The position numbers and the translations under genes were made by a program. From positions 7,318,001-7,382,000 of the forward strand of contig NW_024704743.1 of the NCBI RefSeq assembly GCF_018977255.1: a stretch of DNA of 64,000 nucleotides, read 5' to 3'. Positions within the stretch are counted from its first letter, which is position 1, and each line of letters opens with the position of its first letter. This stretch comes from Callorhinchus milii. Taxonomy: Eukaryota. Shown here in pieces: positions 1 through 13,994 of the stretch. Under the pieces are notes generated by a model that was not told the origin of the DNA, made no database searches, and worked only from the letters and a program-made list of their open reading frames with translations.

Positions 1-675
1 GTATAAAACACAGCTTTTCGTAGCCCTTTCCATCTGTGCTGCCACTTATAAGGATTTATGGGTCTGAACTCCCCAAGTGCCTTTGCTCCTCTGCTCCTTG
101 CAAGAGTCATAAAGAGTTTCGCCCACAAAATACACAGTCACACCACTTTACAGTATATCCTGTGAAGCACTTTGAGATGTCTCGATGATGTGTTAAGAAT
201 TGTTATTATTTTTATTATTAATTCTTTGAAAAGGGAGTTAGATAGAAACAGTACTTGTAAAAGAGGAACATGTAAGGGTATGGTCTGTATAGAGAGTAAG
301 TAGGAGTGTTGGATTAGACTAAATGGCATATTTGCAGAAAGAAAAGCACAGATTTAATTGGGCCAAAAAGTTTGTTTCTCCGGTCTAAGATTCTAAGGGA
401 AAAACTGCGGTATCCCTAAAAGGATTCCGTACATTAATTATCCTGGCAGTACTTAAAGGCTTGAATGGTTTACAAATACCACAATTTTGACTCCTTTGAT
501 TCAAACTGTTCAAAAGATTTCCTCCCGCAATTTCTGTTCTTAACTGATTGTAACTCATAGGAGTTGGAGAAAACTACCTATGTTCAAATTATAGCACTGT
601 ACAGTAATATTGTGTACTGCACACTCAGCATGTTTCACTTTCTCACCTCGCTGTAACATCAGCACAGAGTTTGTC

Positions 676-1095
676 AGCCTGGCTCAGTGGTAGCACTCTG
701 GCCTCTGAGTCAGAAGGTTGTGGGTTCAAGTCCCACATTGGGAGTTGAACTCACATAGTCTAAGATGACACTCCAATGCAGTGCTTTGGGGGTTACACTG
801 TTGTGCCGTCCTACGGATGAGACACTAAACCAAGGTCCCATCTGCCTGTTCAGGCGGTCGTTGAAGGTCCCATAGCACTATTCAAGAAGAGAAGGGAGTT
901 TCTCCCAATGTCCTGGTCAACAATCCCCCAAATAAAATTGGTCTTTCGATTCATGGCTGTTTGTGGGACATTGCAAATTAGCTGCCGCATTTGCCCACCA
1001 ATACACAGTCAATCTATTTCACAGTAAATCCTTGTGAAGCCGTTTGGGATGTCCTTCCGACTTGAAACGTGCTATAGCAAATGCAAGGATAATTC
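676..1095 (+). mobile_element. SINE family A (tRNA head + Deu-like core + L2-type tail)
   Basis: A box tggctcagtgg; B box ggttcaagtccc; core gtcctacggatgagac...taaaccaaggtcccatctgcctgttcagg...gtcccatagcactattc...tgtcctgg resembles the AmnSINE1/SacSINE1 Deu domain; tail gtgaagc...gggatgtcc...aaatgcaaggat. Confidence 0.85.
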
Positions 1096-1724
1096 TTCAG
1101 TGGCGCTGCAAGTTTGCAGAATATGCCTTTGAATGTGAATCAGGAAGAAGTTATTATATTGTAATGTTGTGGGTACTGAAACTTTTGTGGTCAAACTAGC
1201 CAAAAAGGCTGGCTTCCTCTCCCAGACTGAAATTTGTTATTTTTGTGATATTAATTGGTTCCTTACCTTTAGCTCTCTTAACTGGTTGCCCTCCAGTGCC
1301 CAGCCCAAATGGCCATTGTTCGTGTGTGAGCCTTGGCAGCGATTGTTGGCAGGTAACACTCCACTGTAAAGGGCACCACAGCTGAGCTTGAATACTTTTC
1401 ACCCAGCCGGCACACTTGCGCACAACCAATAAAAGTGGCTGAAGAGGGAAGAGGGATGAGAATCAGGAGAGTCTGTTTTTCCCCTCCCCAACCATGGAAA
1501 GACCATGGCCAATGAAACCTCCCTATGAAGGCCTGTCTGACTGTTCATACCACTAAATAGCCTTGTTAGGCTGGTTAGCAGTAAACTTACACATGCTATA
1601 CATAGTCAAATCCACTTTACAATATATTCTGTGAAGCGTTTTGAGACGTCTCAACAATGTGATAAGGCACTATATCAAATGCAAGGATTATTATTATTAT
1701 ACAATGAGTAGACATGCGTGTCAT

Positions 1725-2100
1725 CTTGACTCATTTAGTAACATTCTCACCTCTGGGTCAGAAGGTTGTGGGTTCAAACCACAAGTCAAGGTTTTGAGCT
1801 CATGCAGTGTTATTAGATGTGCTGTCCTTTGAATGAAATCTTAAACTGAGGATCTATTTGCCTGTTTAATTAGACATTAAAGATCCTATTACACTATGTG
1901 AAAAGTAAAGGGAGTTTTGCCCACAGCCCTGGCCAACAATAGCCCAGGTAAATTGATTATTCACTTGATGACTAAATGTGGAACCTGCGATATGAAAATT
2001 GGTTACCATATTTCCTCAGAAATACAGTCACAGCACTTTACAACAATTACCTGTAGAGTGTGGGGAGATATTTAGATGTTATAGACACTGCATCAAACAT
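1725..2100 (+). mobile_element. SINE family A, degenerate
   Basis: Same head, core and tail as 676-1095. Confidence 0.7.
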
Positions 2101-2681
2101 CACGATGGGATTATATTGGGTTTGCAATTGTCATGCCTTGTGTTGGGTTTAGATGGGGTCTTGTTGGTTTGCACTAGGCATGAGTTGAATTTACATTGGG
2201 TTTGAATGAGATTGTGTTGGGCTGGCTTTTTCTATCATTGACTAATGTGAATGGAGGAGTCCGGCTATGTGACAGATGTCCTGTAGTGTGTCTCAATATG
2301 TCCAGCTCCCATTGTCATCTTTGGAAACTCTGTTCCAGATGTTGTAAATCAACCAAACTTCAGAACTGCTGCTTCCGCTTGACCAGAAGCTGGTTGAACC
2401 TGAAATATGCTCTATGCAATCCCTAGAGCAGAATTATTGGCAAATTTCCCATCTTTGTAACTGGGGAGAGATTGGTACCAGTTATTCTCTAGTTTCAGAT
2501 TTTTCCCCTGTGTGTTTTTTTAATCTCACCAACAATAATCTTGTCACGGGGTGAAATTTTTAAAAACATTTTTTGGTCAGCCTGGTGTCTGGCACATGCA
2601 GAAACCCAACACCGTGCTTAAGAGTATCCAAACCAAGCTGAGATTTCCATGCATCCCACCTACACATGGAAATAACTTCAG

Positions 2682-2950
2682 TAATAATAATAATCCTCAC
2701 ATTTGATATAGCGCCTTATGACGTCTTCGAGACATTTCAAAGCGCTTCACAGAATATACCGTAAAGTGAATTGACTGTATATTTTGTGAGTGAAATAATA
2801 ATAATAATCCTTGCATTTGATATAGTGCTTTATCACACCGTTGAGAAGTCTCAAAGCGCTTCACAGAATATACTGTAAAGTGAATTGACTGTATATTTTG
2901 TGGGTGAAATGCAGCAGCCAATTGCGCAAAGTTGTGTCCAACAAACACTC
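2682..2950 (-). repeat. Tandemly duplicated SINE 3' tail (unit about 113 nt)
   Basis: Two consecutive copies of aataataatcc...aagcgcttcacagaatatac.gtaaagtgaattgactgtatattttgtg. Confidence 0.8.
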
Positions 2951-3574
2951 AACAGGATTTAGTGACAAAATTATTATTTTTTGCCAGGCAGGTGTTGGTT
3001 AAACAGATAGTCTCAGTAAAATACTCCTCTTGATGACAAAAAATTAGTTGGTTGCTGATATTCTTTGCAGGAGCCCAAGGTTCTGACAATAATTTGCGTA
3101 AACCCTCTTTTTATTTTTAAAAATTCCTGCCTTTAATTTTCTCTCCTCCTGTGTTTCCAAGGATAATAGTTTGCTGGATCCTTGGCTGATTTCGCTCCTT
3201 TCTAACTCAGATAATAATAATACAATAATCTACTACTTTGATGTAGTACCTTTCACATTGGAGGGATGTCTTAAAACAGATATACTGAAGAGTGCAGTGA
3301 CTACTTCACAGCAGATACGACAGCCAACTTACATACTGAAATGTCCCAGAAACAGCCATGAAGTGAATGACCAATTTTATTTGGTAGATTGTTTGAAACT
3401 TTAATCACTTAGAGGTCCTGTAAAGTAACACACTGGGTATAAATTCACACAGTTGGTTATATGCCGAGACACCTCCACCCCTATAAGGCAACTGAGATTC
3501 ATTACTATTTCTTAATCCTTTCCATTTTCTTTTGATTTGTTTGCAACTTCCTACTTTCTCTGTCTTGCTTTTCT

Positions 3575-3840
3575 GGCGAAACGCAGCAGACAATTATGCA
3601 CAGCAGTGTTCCACAAACAGTCATGGATTGAGTGACCAAATTCTATTTATTTTGAAGGAATTATTACCCCCGGAAAAGCAATCCGCCAATCAACTAACGA
3701 CCGGGTTCCTCCTAACTGCTCGGTAAACAGAGGCACATGGAGGAAGGAAACTTGCCCAGCATTTCACCCTGCCAGGAATCGAACCCAGTTCCGCTTGTTT
3801 GCTAGGTGAGTGCTCTAACTGCTAAGTTATAGGATTCCAT
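3575..3840 (-). mobile_element. SINE family C (family B head + longer CORE-like middle + shared tail)
   Basis: The reverse strand reads gggcaagtttccttcctccatgtgcctctgtttaccgagcagttaggaggaacccgg...gcggattgcttttccgggg. Confidence 0.75.
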
Positions 3841-5829
3841 GAGAATGACCAGAGATGGTCCTGATTTAGGCACCGCCACTTTTTATGTTTATTGCATGTA
3901 TTCTCTGCTCTTTGACATTCCTGACCTGTTCTCAGGGCAAGGACAGCAGCCAAACCAAACATATTACTAATCATGCAAATTAGTCTGTGCTTTTTATCGT
4001 GGTAGACTTTTTGTCCTCTTCACACTGCCAAATGTTCACAAAGCAAGACCTTTAACCCACAGAGTTAAGAGCATAAATCTATTTGAGGGTCAAGTAAATA
4101 ATTTTGAATTCAGTTGAACCTTGCAAGGATGGGGAATCTGGTGTGAAAGAGGATTAGATCTGTGGAACTGTAAGGTGTAGCATATGAAGGGTGAATCTAC
4201 AGAAGCCAGTAGCAAACTTGCTTTGAAATGACGACAGCAACAACAATAAATTGCATTCATAGAGCACCCTTCATGCGGGGTAGCATCTTGGAATGCTTAA
4301 CAATAGTGGAGTTTGACATTAAACCAACAGAAAGGGGAGGTGACTGTATGCAAGGTCGAAGAGGAAGGTCTACAGGTGCAATCTGAAGACAAGGCAAAGG
4401 GGGCTAGGATGGAAGGATTTAGGCAGGGAGTTCTACAGTTTGGGGGAATAGTGGTTGAAAACACAACCCGTAATGGTGGAGCAGAGGGGACATGGTGTGT
4501 GCAAGCCAGAGCCAGCACGTGGAAATTCCCGTGTTTGGAATGGGATGTGCATTCAATCTCTCTGGAATGTGCACTCCATCGCCTAATAGGTACGCAGGTT
4601 GGCAAAAGCCAAGGCTTGGGGAAGTCAGAGAGCTTGTTGTGGTACTGCTGAAGTCTAACTAGCTAAACCTGCATAGCTTGCCATTGAGAGCACAAGCTTT
4701 CCCACTGCTTGTGTATCTATGACCACCCTATCAATTAGTGCTTTGGCTTCCAGGGTTAATGGGAGCTGAGTGGGAAGAATACCTACCCTAGTGACAAGGG
4801 TGCTGAGTGCTTCCTGGTGGCCAACATAGCTCAGCATGAAATATTGCCATCATCTTCCTGCTCACACCTGGGATGCATCCCTATCCACTGAACGATGGTT
4901 CCACCGGTTGCAGGTGTGGAGCTTGAGCAGCAGCTGCTTAAGTCTCTGCAAAACCAACTATGGTGCCTTCCAGCAGCTGTCATGCCAAGCCTCAGAGTTT
5001 GCGAATCAGCTATTTGTGGACAGAGTAGTGAGAGGCCCTTTACCGTGGTGAAAGCCTGTGATGTGCTAGCCACCTTGATGGGGTGAGATAAACACAACTT
5101 GCTGCCCCCATGGGTTAAACTTTCATGTATCTCAGTCATAGCTAAGGATTCTGCGCACAAACGTGAGGAAGTGGACTTACTGCTACCGTAACCAAATACC
5201 AACCACACAGAACAAATTCCAGTCACATGTGACCTGATTTCCTGACTAGCCATAGATAAGGCCCTGCTGTCATCTATGATTGCTTGTTTGTGAACAATAT
5301 GTTTTTTTCAGTACTTATACAGGACCAATACTACTGTCTATGAAATAAAGCCTCTATGATACCCAATTAATATTTTTTTTCACAGATGAATCTGGACTGA
5401 GAATGGGTGTTGACCAGATTGAACTTGCCTCCCACATTGTGAATGATTTATTGTTTCCTACTTTCAGGTCCCTTCTGAAGACCTTTCTTTTTGACTGCGC
5501 CTTCGGTCACCTTCCTCCCCCTCCCCCCAGGATTCTTAACTGTGAAGCGCTCTGAGATGCCGTCCGGCTTGGAGGGCGCTATATGAATCCAAGTTGTTGT
5601 TGTTGTTGTTTCTCCTGGGGTCAACTGTAGATGTCCTCCATGCATGGGGTGGGTTGACCAGATCCCTTTGAATGTTGAGGTTATGCAACTTCATTACAAA
5701 GGTGCTGCTATTTAGTCTCTTTCAGTTACAGCGCCTTCCCCCTGCAATGAAGCCACTAAATGTGTCGCTTGAGGACTCTTAGCAAAAGACACAGCAACAA
5801 AGGAATGTACAGAATGGGAAAAGACCAGC

Positions 5830-6060
5830 CCAAATTTCCACCTTAGAGTCTTAGCCGAAATGACCATTTTGTCTTCAAATTTAAGATTATTGTGGAAATT
5901 ATGTAATTATGTAAATGCTTAAAAGTGGAAAATTCTTAAATTCAGTCTCAATTTGGAAGCTGTTCTTAACTGCAGAAAACCTGCTTTGAAATTAATACTG
6001 TATTTGGAAGGAAATTTTCCACAATTCTGTGTGATTTTAAATTTGAAGACAAAATGTTTT
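5830..6060. mobile_element. MITE-like foldback element
   Basis: Perfect 20-bp inverted repeat CATTTTGTCTTCAAATTTAA (5865-5884) / TTAAATTTGAAGACAAAATG (6037-6056); related to 10075-10293. Confidence 0.65.
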
Positions 6061-7829
6061 TTTTACACTGACAGTCCAACTGGCAGATCCCAAAGTGATA
6101 ATAATAGTAATCCTTGCATGTGCTTTAGCACCATGATTTCAAGAGATAAGCTCCAGGTCCAGTGTAAATTGCAGTGACTGTATTTGTAGGCAAGCTAATT
6201 ATCGAATTTCTTTTTGCTTGAATCAAATCTAGCAGTTCTGCTTTTCTTTAAGATATCTTACATATCCAGAGTTCTCTCAGGAACAAATATGAGACTGCAC
6301 CAGGAATCTCTAATCTAGTTCACCCAGTCCCCCATCACCTTTTCCGGTTGTTGGATAAACTCTGACATTTCAGCCCCAATTGGCTGCTTTACATGTCGTG
6401 TGCAACAAGATATAATTATAGCATTTCCCCCAGTGCAAGAGCTGTGCAACTTTACCATTTTAGGAAACTTAAGGGTGTTTTTCCCGCTTGCAAATACCAC
6501 TTCCTGTGACTGTTTGTATCAGCGAGAGCTCTGTGAAATAATGGCCATCAGCAGTATTTTCCAGCAGCACAGAAACTTACTGAGTGGATCTTTTGCAATT
6601 TCCTCAGGAATTTTGCTTGTCTGATTCACACTGAAAAATATTTGTTTTGATAAGAGTGTGCATTTTGAACAACTTCCCCATTTGGTATTGGCAAGTCAGC
6701 TTGTTTATTAATGTGAAGTGGCCACATAGTTACACATTTTATTCTCACCGAGTTTTAGGGATGAATTTTTGCAGCTCCAACCTGGACTTAACTCTAGTAA
6801 CGGTTTGGCTGTTTTAAAGCAAACAAACCATTGATATTTAGTATGTATTTTAGCAAAACCTTTTCCCCTCACATTCTTTTACGTTCAAATTATTTTGCTG
6901 GTAGAGAAGTGTACAGAATTTCCGGCCAACAGTCTAGACTAGTGCTGCAGTGGAGGCAAACACTGCAATGCCAAAAATGCCTTTGGATGTGACGTTATCC
7001 CAAGGTCTCGTCTGCTTGTCCAGATGGACGTTAAAGATCCCATGGCACTGTTTGAAAAAAGATGGGAGTTTCATCATCCAGGTAAATTGGTCTGTTGCTA
7101 GCACCTGGCTGTGTATAAACGGCTTCCATATTTACCTGTATAAGCAGTCACTACTCTTGACAATAAGTACTTGCAAAGCACTTTAAAATGTTGACACTAT
7201 AATGGACTACATCAATGCCAGTTCATTCTTTCTTTCTTCCTCATATTACTAACCTAAGACAATGACTTGCATAATGCTCACGGCAGGACATTAGGCACAA
7301 TGGTGAGCAAATAAAAGGCTTGCACCTCCTGCAAAGTCCAGATATACCTTTCACCTCCTTAGAATCAGCAGTAGCAACATGAGAGGAATGGAGCATTTGC
7401 AGGAGTGAGACAGCTCTTTCTTGCACTTGGGTTAAAATCGTCAGGGCATTTGTCTCAAATAGCATGAACCGGAGACTGGCAGCTAATACCTGAGGCCTGA
7501 GAATGTAGTGCAAAGCCAAGGCCAATAATCATATGAAAGCAAAGGGATTGGCAACATGCTGCTGAGTAATGATACTGGTGTCTGGTGTGGGAAATGGCAA
7601 TGACATGTCAGCGTCTGTCAAGACGGCAAAGTGAGGGGGAGAAAGAGATTTAATCTGCAGCCAACCAGTGACTAAAATATGAACAGGGACAACATTTTTG
7701 TGGATGTGCTAATATCATCAGTGATATTTATCACATTGAATGTGTCCCATTTTCACCCCAATAATTACAGTATTTACATTTGACATTACACCTTACGACT
7801 TGAGGACTTTTAGTGCAGTTGGGAGGACC

Positions 7830-8200
7830 ATAACCTCTGAGTCAGAAGGTTGTATGTTTAAGCCCTTTGTCTAGACTTTGAAAACATGATCAGGAATGAC
7901 ATTGCCGTCCTTGGGCAGCACTGCATTGTTGAGGGCATCGTTCTTTGGATGAGACATTAAGCCAAGATCCCATGTCAGTCTCTTCTGGTGAGCATCAAAG
8001 ATCTTGTAACATTATTTCAAAAGAGCAGGTTGTGTCTTGGCCAACAATCCTCCAGATAAAATTTATCATTCCCTTTTCAACTGTTTCTGGGACATTGCTG
8101 TGCGCAAATTGGCTGCTGTATTTGCCTACAAAATATAGTCATTGCTCTTTACAGAACACTCTGTGAAGCTCTTTGACGTAATATATATTAAACACAGGGA
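7830..8200 (+). mobile_element. SINE family A
   Basis: ctctgagtcagaaggttg head, Deu-like core and shared tail. Confidence 0.75.
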
Positions 8201-8225
8201 CTGTTAACTTGTTACCTTGTTATTT

Positions 8226-8665
8226 GCCTGACTCAGTTGGTATTATTTTCGTCTGAGTCAGGAGGGTGTGGGCTCAAACCCCATGTCAGGAATTTGAACT
8301 CACAGTTTAGGCTGCCACTTCAAAGCAGTGTTGCGGATGTGCTACATTGCTGGAAGTATCATCCTTTGGATGAGATGTTAAAGCAAGGTCCCATATGCCT
8401 GTCCAGGTGAATGTTAAAGATCTCATATTCCTATTCAAGAAAAGTGAAGGAAGTTTCTCCTGATGTCCTGGTCAATACACCCCCAGGATTGGTCATTCAC
8501 CTCATAGCTGTTTGTGGAACATTGCTGTGAGCAAATTGACTACCACATTCACTTACAATATACACAGCACATATACACTATACTTTCCAGTAAAATCTTA
8601 TGATGTGCTTTGAGATGTCTTGATGAAATAAGGAACTATCTCAAATGAAAGTATTATATTATTAT
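8226..8665 (+). mobile_element. SINE family A
   Basis: gcctgactcagttgg head, core cctttggatgagatgttaaagcaaggtccc and shared tail. Confidence 0.78.
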
Positions 8666-10074
8666 ACACTTTTGTTATGTCAGCAACTCTTCAGTTATAT
8701 TCTGCACCAGTAACATTTTAGGGTGAAGAAATGTATGTCCAAAATCAATAAGTATAAAATACATTTCTTCACCCTAAAATGTTACTGGTGCAGAATTATT
8801 ATATTAACTTTGAAAATAATTACAATGCAATACAAATTTACATTTATATAGCACCTTTCACGTCGGGATGACATTCCAAAGAGATGAACATAGCTGCTTG
8901 TTGAAATTCCGAGGAATAACTGCTGAAAGGTTAGTAATTTCCATCTCTCTTGATAGCGGGACACTCAGGTTTAGGTGGGATATCAACCACAGAAAACTCT
9001 TGTAAAAACCAGAAGTAAATGTACATCAAACTTGTTTTTTATACAATGTCTAAAATTAGGTTTTCTAAGGGGAGTGCAAGTTTGGTGGGCCAAATGACTA
9101 AATATCTATTTCTGGGCTGAAAATATTAGTTTCTATCTAAAAAGAACAACTTAAAAAAAGAAGTGGCACCAACACAATGGGACAAGTGGCCTCCCTTTTG
9201 TGCTGAAAATTTCTATATTTCAGTTTCTTTTTTATTTTGCAATTGTTCTTTGATTATAAAAAAAACAGTGTTTGCCCTCAAAATATACAGTCAGTTTTCA
9301 TTGCAGTAAATCCAGTAAAGTGCTTTAAGATATCCTTTCGAGTGAAAAGTGTTGTATCAAATACAAGGATTATTATTACTATAACAAGCTGGGGTCTCTG
9401 ACCTGACGATCAGCAGTGATTGGCACACAATAGGCCCCAGTGCCACACATTTCATATTTCACAATGCATAGAATTTAGGGCCTGGCTACTGCACACTATA
9501 ATAACAAATGAACACATTGCTTGTGCATAACACTGGTGGCTTATTCTGGAGAGTGTTGGTTTTCTCTTGCGTTCGTTCGGCTACCATGCTGCTGTCTGAC
9601 AGCTTTGTGTTGCACAAACAACAACTTACATTTTTATAGCACCCTTCACATGGGATAGTGTCTCGGAGCATTGACCTTGATCTATGGGAGGGTGACCAAA
9701 TATCCCCGATTTCCGGAAACAGTTCCCAGATGAAGTATTGTGTCCCTGGCCAAATTTGCCCTATCTGGAGTCCAGCAACAAACTGAGCAAGTACAATATA
9801 ATTCTAAAACAGATCCACTCATCAGAGAAACACATCCATTAATCTAACAAGCTCCTCCAGTACTGCCAGCATCAGCAAATGTGGATTTGGTTTACAAAAT
9901 ATGGTCACCCTATCTATAGGTTATACTTGTGTGGCATCAAACGTGACCCTCTTGTGTGATGCTAACGTTCGTCAGGGAATGTTCCCAATATGCCTGTTAA
10001 AGTCTGGCAGAAGGAACACTACAATCAGGAACAGAGAGCAAATGGGAATTATTGCTCCTGTTTCAGAATGCAGA

Positions 10075-10293
10075 GGTCCGAAATTCCACCTTATCTTAGC
10101 CAGCAAGCCCAGTTTATGTTAATGTTGAAAGATCACGCAGAACTTAGGAAAATTCTTAAATTGTCCTAATTTGGAAGCGGTTCTTGACTTCCAAATCAAG
10201 GCTACACATAAGCATTGTCCACTATACTACAAGATCTTAAATTTGAAGATCAAATGGAGTTGCAGGTTAAGACTAGGTGAAATTTTAAACCTC
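10075..10293. mobile_element. MITE-like element with imperfect terminal inverted repeats of about 35 bp
   Basis: Left end gaggtccgaaattccaccttatcttagccagcaa; reverse complement of the right end gaggtttaaaatttcacctagtcttaacctgcaa. The internal aaaattcttaaatt...aatttggaagc is shared with 5830-6060. Confidence 0.65.
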
Positions 10294-10665
10294 AGGAATC
10301 CTACATGAAGTACAGCATTATCAACCCAGTTCTCAAAGGTCATGGGTCACAGCACAAACTTGTTCTACCCTCTAGAAAATCACTTGGAGAAGCCACATTG
10401 AAGACTGGTGCGGGCAACAGAAATGCTGAAGCAGCATTGTAGGTTTACTCTACGTCTCGTCATTGTCAAACCTGACATGGCAATGCCCGAGGCTGACATC
10501 GAATACCTGAAACAGGAAAGGTTCCATTTCCCAACTCTGGAAACCTCTCACTTCAGGAAGGACAAAATGTTACCAATCATAGTTTTACATACACAAATAT
10601 AAAATATATATTTTAAAACTATAATTCTCAACACCTTTGACTTCTTGGACACGAGCCACACACCT

Positions 10666-10876
10666 ACAACAACAACAACAACAAGATTCCATTTATAGAG
10701 CGCCTTTCACGTCAGGAGGACGTCCCAAGGCGCTGCACAGTTGGGTCATGACCCGAGCAGGGGGGAAATGGTCAGGGTGAGGGGAGGGAAGGGAGGGAGA
10801 GAGGAGGGGGGAAATGGTCAGGGTGAGGGGAGGGAAGGGAGGGAGCGAGGAGGAGGAAGAGAGTCGAGAGGGGAGC
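10666..10876 (-). mobile_element. Short L2 3'-end insertion with a duplicated 3' UTR unit
   Basis: On the plus strand, (AAC)n tail, then catttatagagcgcctttcacgtcaggaggacgtcccaaggcgctg, then two copies of gggggaaatggtcagggtgaggggagggaag. Confidence 0.85.
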
Positions 10877-12074
10877 TCTCTACACCTAACTGGGTTAGCT
10901 CAGATTTCTGACTCAGATCAAGATTCTTTGCCATTATGTATCACTCTGTTAAGTGATCTTGATGATGAGAAACAAAACCTGCTGGTGGTTTACCAGAAAA
11001 GAAACCACCTCTTCAAGTGATTATTCCTTTAAGCCACAGCTCTACAGTGTAATTCACATGTGGTTTTTTTCTGTAAATCCCCAGGATCAGTGATGTCTTT
11101 GAATGTACTTTTAAAAGAAATGTGTAAATCTTTCTTGAAGATAGTTTTCCCCTGTCTAATGGTGATTCCTGGCATCCTGAGGGTCCATTCTGCTCTGCTC
11201 ATCCGGCAAAGGCAGAGTGGAGTGAGCCAGGGGAGGGGGGAAAGTCGGCAGGAGGAGGGGAGGGTGGCAGGAGGTGGGGGGGTGGGCGGCAGGAGGGCAT
11301 GGCGCAACAAACAACAACAACATGCCCTTCATGCAAGTAGTGACTTGTAGCACGTAACAGTGGAGTGGTTTAATGCTGAGCTAGAAAGAGAGGGGAGGTG
11401 ACCGATGGCACGATTGAAGAAGAAAGTCTTCAAGTGTGATTTGAAGATGGGCAAAGAGGAGGCAAGACGGACAGATTGAGGCAGAGAGTTCTAGAGATTA
11501 GGGGCATAATGGCTAAAAGCACCACCATCAATGTTGGGTTGAGGGACGTACAGAACACCCAAGGCAGCTGAACAAAAGCAATTGATAGTGGAATGGGGTG
11601 TCAGCATATTAGAGAGGTAGGGAGTGCTAGGTTGCAAAGTGATTTGAAAGTAAGAGTGTGGATGTTGAAATTGATCAACAGGGAAGTGCAACAGGGAGCC
11701 AGTGGAGCTAGAACTGGGGTGATCAGGGGTGTGGGCCAGGTACAGGTGAGGACACGAGCAGCAAAGTTTTGTATCATGTGGACCTTGTTTATAGTGAAGC
11801 TGGCGAGACTGGAAACATTAGGGTCAGAATTGGTGGAACAGAGGGTGTAAAGTTAGTGAGGAAGTATTATGGCAGGAGATCAGAGAAGTTGAGCGGGGCA
11901 AGGCCGTGAAGTTTCAGTCACTTTGCTAACACCCTCTGGAACTCTCCTTTGCAACCTCACCTTTGCTCCATCTCTGTCTGTTTTCAAAACCAGTCTAAAA
12001 ACCTTCTACTTTGAATGTGCCTTTAGCCACCTCCCTTCTACTCCCTCCCACCCCATCTTACATGAAAGGTGCTA

Positions 12075-12680
12075 TAATAATGATAATTATCCTTGAATTT
12101 GGTGTACCACCTTATCGTGCCATTGAGGTCTCAAAGGGGCTTCAAAATGACTGTATATGGGCAAACACAGCATCCAAATTGCGCACAAAGAGCCATGAAG
12201 TGAATGAACAATTTTATCTGTGGATTGTTGGCCAGGACACCAGGAGAAACTCCCTTTTCTTTTTGATTAGTGCTACGGGATCTTTAATGTCCACCTTAAC
12301 AGGCAGTCAGGGCTTCAGTTTAACATCTCATATGTAGGATGACACTTCTGAAGATGTAGAAGACCCCACAACTGCAATGCAGTGTCAGCCTAGGCTATGA
12401 GATCAAAGTACTGATGCTGTCCTTCAGATGAGATGTTAAATCGAGGTCCAGTCGATTTGTTAAAGTGGACATTAAAGATCCCATAGCACTATTTAAAAGG
12501 GCAAGAAAGTTTCTCCCGGAGTCCTGGCTAATAATCCCCAAAATAAAATTGATCACTCACTTCATGGCTCTTTGTTCTGTGTGTAATTGTGCTGCTGCGT
12601 TTACCTTCAAATACACAGTCACTCATTTCACAGTAAATCCTGTGAAGTGTTTTGAGACGTCCTTCTGATGTGATAAAGAA
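12075..12680. mobile_element. Adjacent inverted pair of family A SINEs (minus 12075-12410, plus 12415-12680)
   Basis: The Deu-like core occurs in both orientations, about 70 nt apart. Confidence 0.7.
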
Positions 12681-12857
12681 TTTTCCCACATTTCTTCACT
12701 GGTTGTGCTTTTGGCAGTGGTTCCAGAAACTATAGTGTGAAAAGAGCAAAGTGTGATGATGAAATAGTTATCACTGGTGAGTTAAGATGTTTATTCGCAC
12801 CGATCAGAATAAAAATGCTGTAATCTGCACTGTGACAATTACTGTGATTTATAGGTT

Positions 12858-13994
12858 CTGTCCTTGAATGTTTCAGATCCTATCTCTCACACCGGCTCCA
12901 CTTTGTCTAATGCCTTCTCCTCCAGCTCCTGCACCATCTCGTGTGTTGTTCCTCAGGGCTCTGTCCTCGGTCTTCTCTCCTACATGCTCCCTCTTGCTGA
13001 CATCATCCGCAGACATGAGGTCAACTTCCACATGTACGCGGATGACACCCAACTCTATTTCTCTGCCTCCACCCTTGACTCCAGGACCACTGATGTCCTG
13101 ACACACCGCCTGTCAGACATCAAGTCCTGGATGAGAGCCAAGTTTCTACAGTTGAACATCAGTAAGACTGAGGGTCTCCTGATTGGCTTGGCAAGCGTCT
13201 CCACACCTCAGGCTAATGCATCAGCATCCACGGATGTACACTCCACCTCACCAAGCCAGTCAGGAACCTAGGCAGCTTATTCAACCCTCAACTGTCCTTT
13301 CTCCCCCACATCCGTGCCATGACCCGCTTTGCCTTTCCCCAGCTCCACAACATTGCCCAACTTTGCCACTGCTTCAGCCTTCAGGCCGCCGAAACCCTCA
13401 TACATGCCTTCATTACAATCAGGCTCAACTATGCCAATGCGCTGCTTGTCGGCCTTCCCAGCACTTCCCTCCACAAGCTGCAGATTATCCATAACTCTGC
13501 AGCCCGTGTCCTCTCCAGCAACAGGCTCCATGACCCCATATCACTTACCCTAACGCGGCTCCCCATCCCACAGAGGATCGAGTTCAAAATTAGCATTCTC
13601 ACCTTCAAGGTCCTCCATGGCCTTGCCCCCCCTCCTATCTCTCTGACCTGCTGACCCCTTATCAACCTATCCACTCCCTCCGCTCAGCAGGCTCCAGCCT
13701 GCTCGATGTCCCCTGCCTGGCCTGCCCCACCATAGGTGGTCGGGCCTTCAGCCTCTCTGGCCCCACCCTCTGGAACTCCATCTCACATTCCCTTTGCCTC
13801 GCTCCCTCCCTTGCTTCCTTCAAGGCACACCTCAAGACCCTCCTCTTCAACCGTTCCTTCAGCCACCCTCCTGCCCTCTCTGCCCTCCACCCTCCTGCAA
13901 CATCCTGCTTGAGTCCTGATCCCTGACTGTTCAGCACCTTGGGTCATCCTCCCGATGTGTAAGGACCTTTATAAATCTAATTTTGTATTGTATT
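12858..13994 (+). mobile_element. L2 LINE 3' fragment (RT motifs B-C to tail), degenerate
   Basis: [27 protein letters not shown] and an L2-type 3' end. Confidence 0.88.

Noticed and set aside
4297..5253. Cluster of 100-140 aa ORFs
   Set aside because: They overlap decayed repeats and show no protein motifs or splice-supported exon structure.
6300..6620. Possible enhancer (ETS CACTTCCTGT at 6498-6507, CCAAT)
   Set aside because: Too few motifs to distinguish from chance without conservation data.
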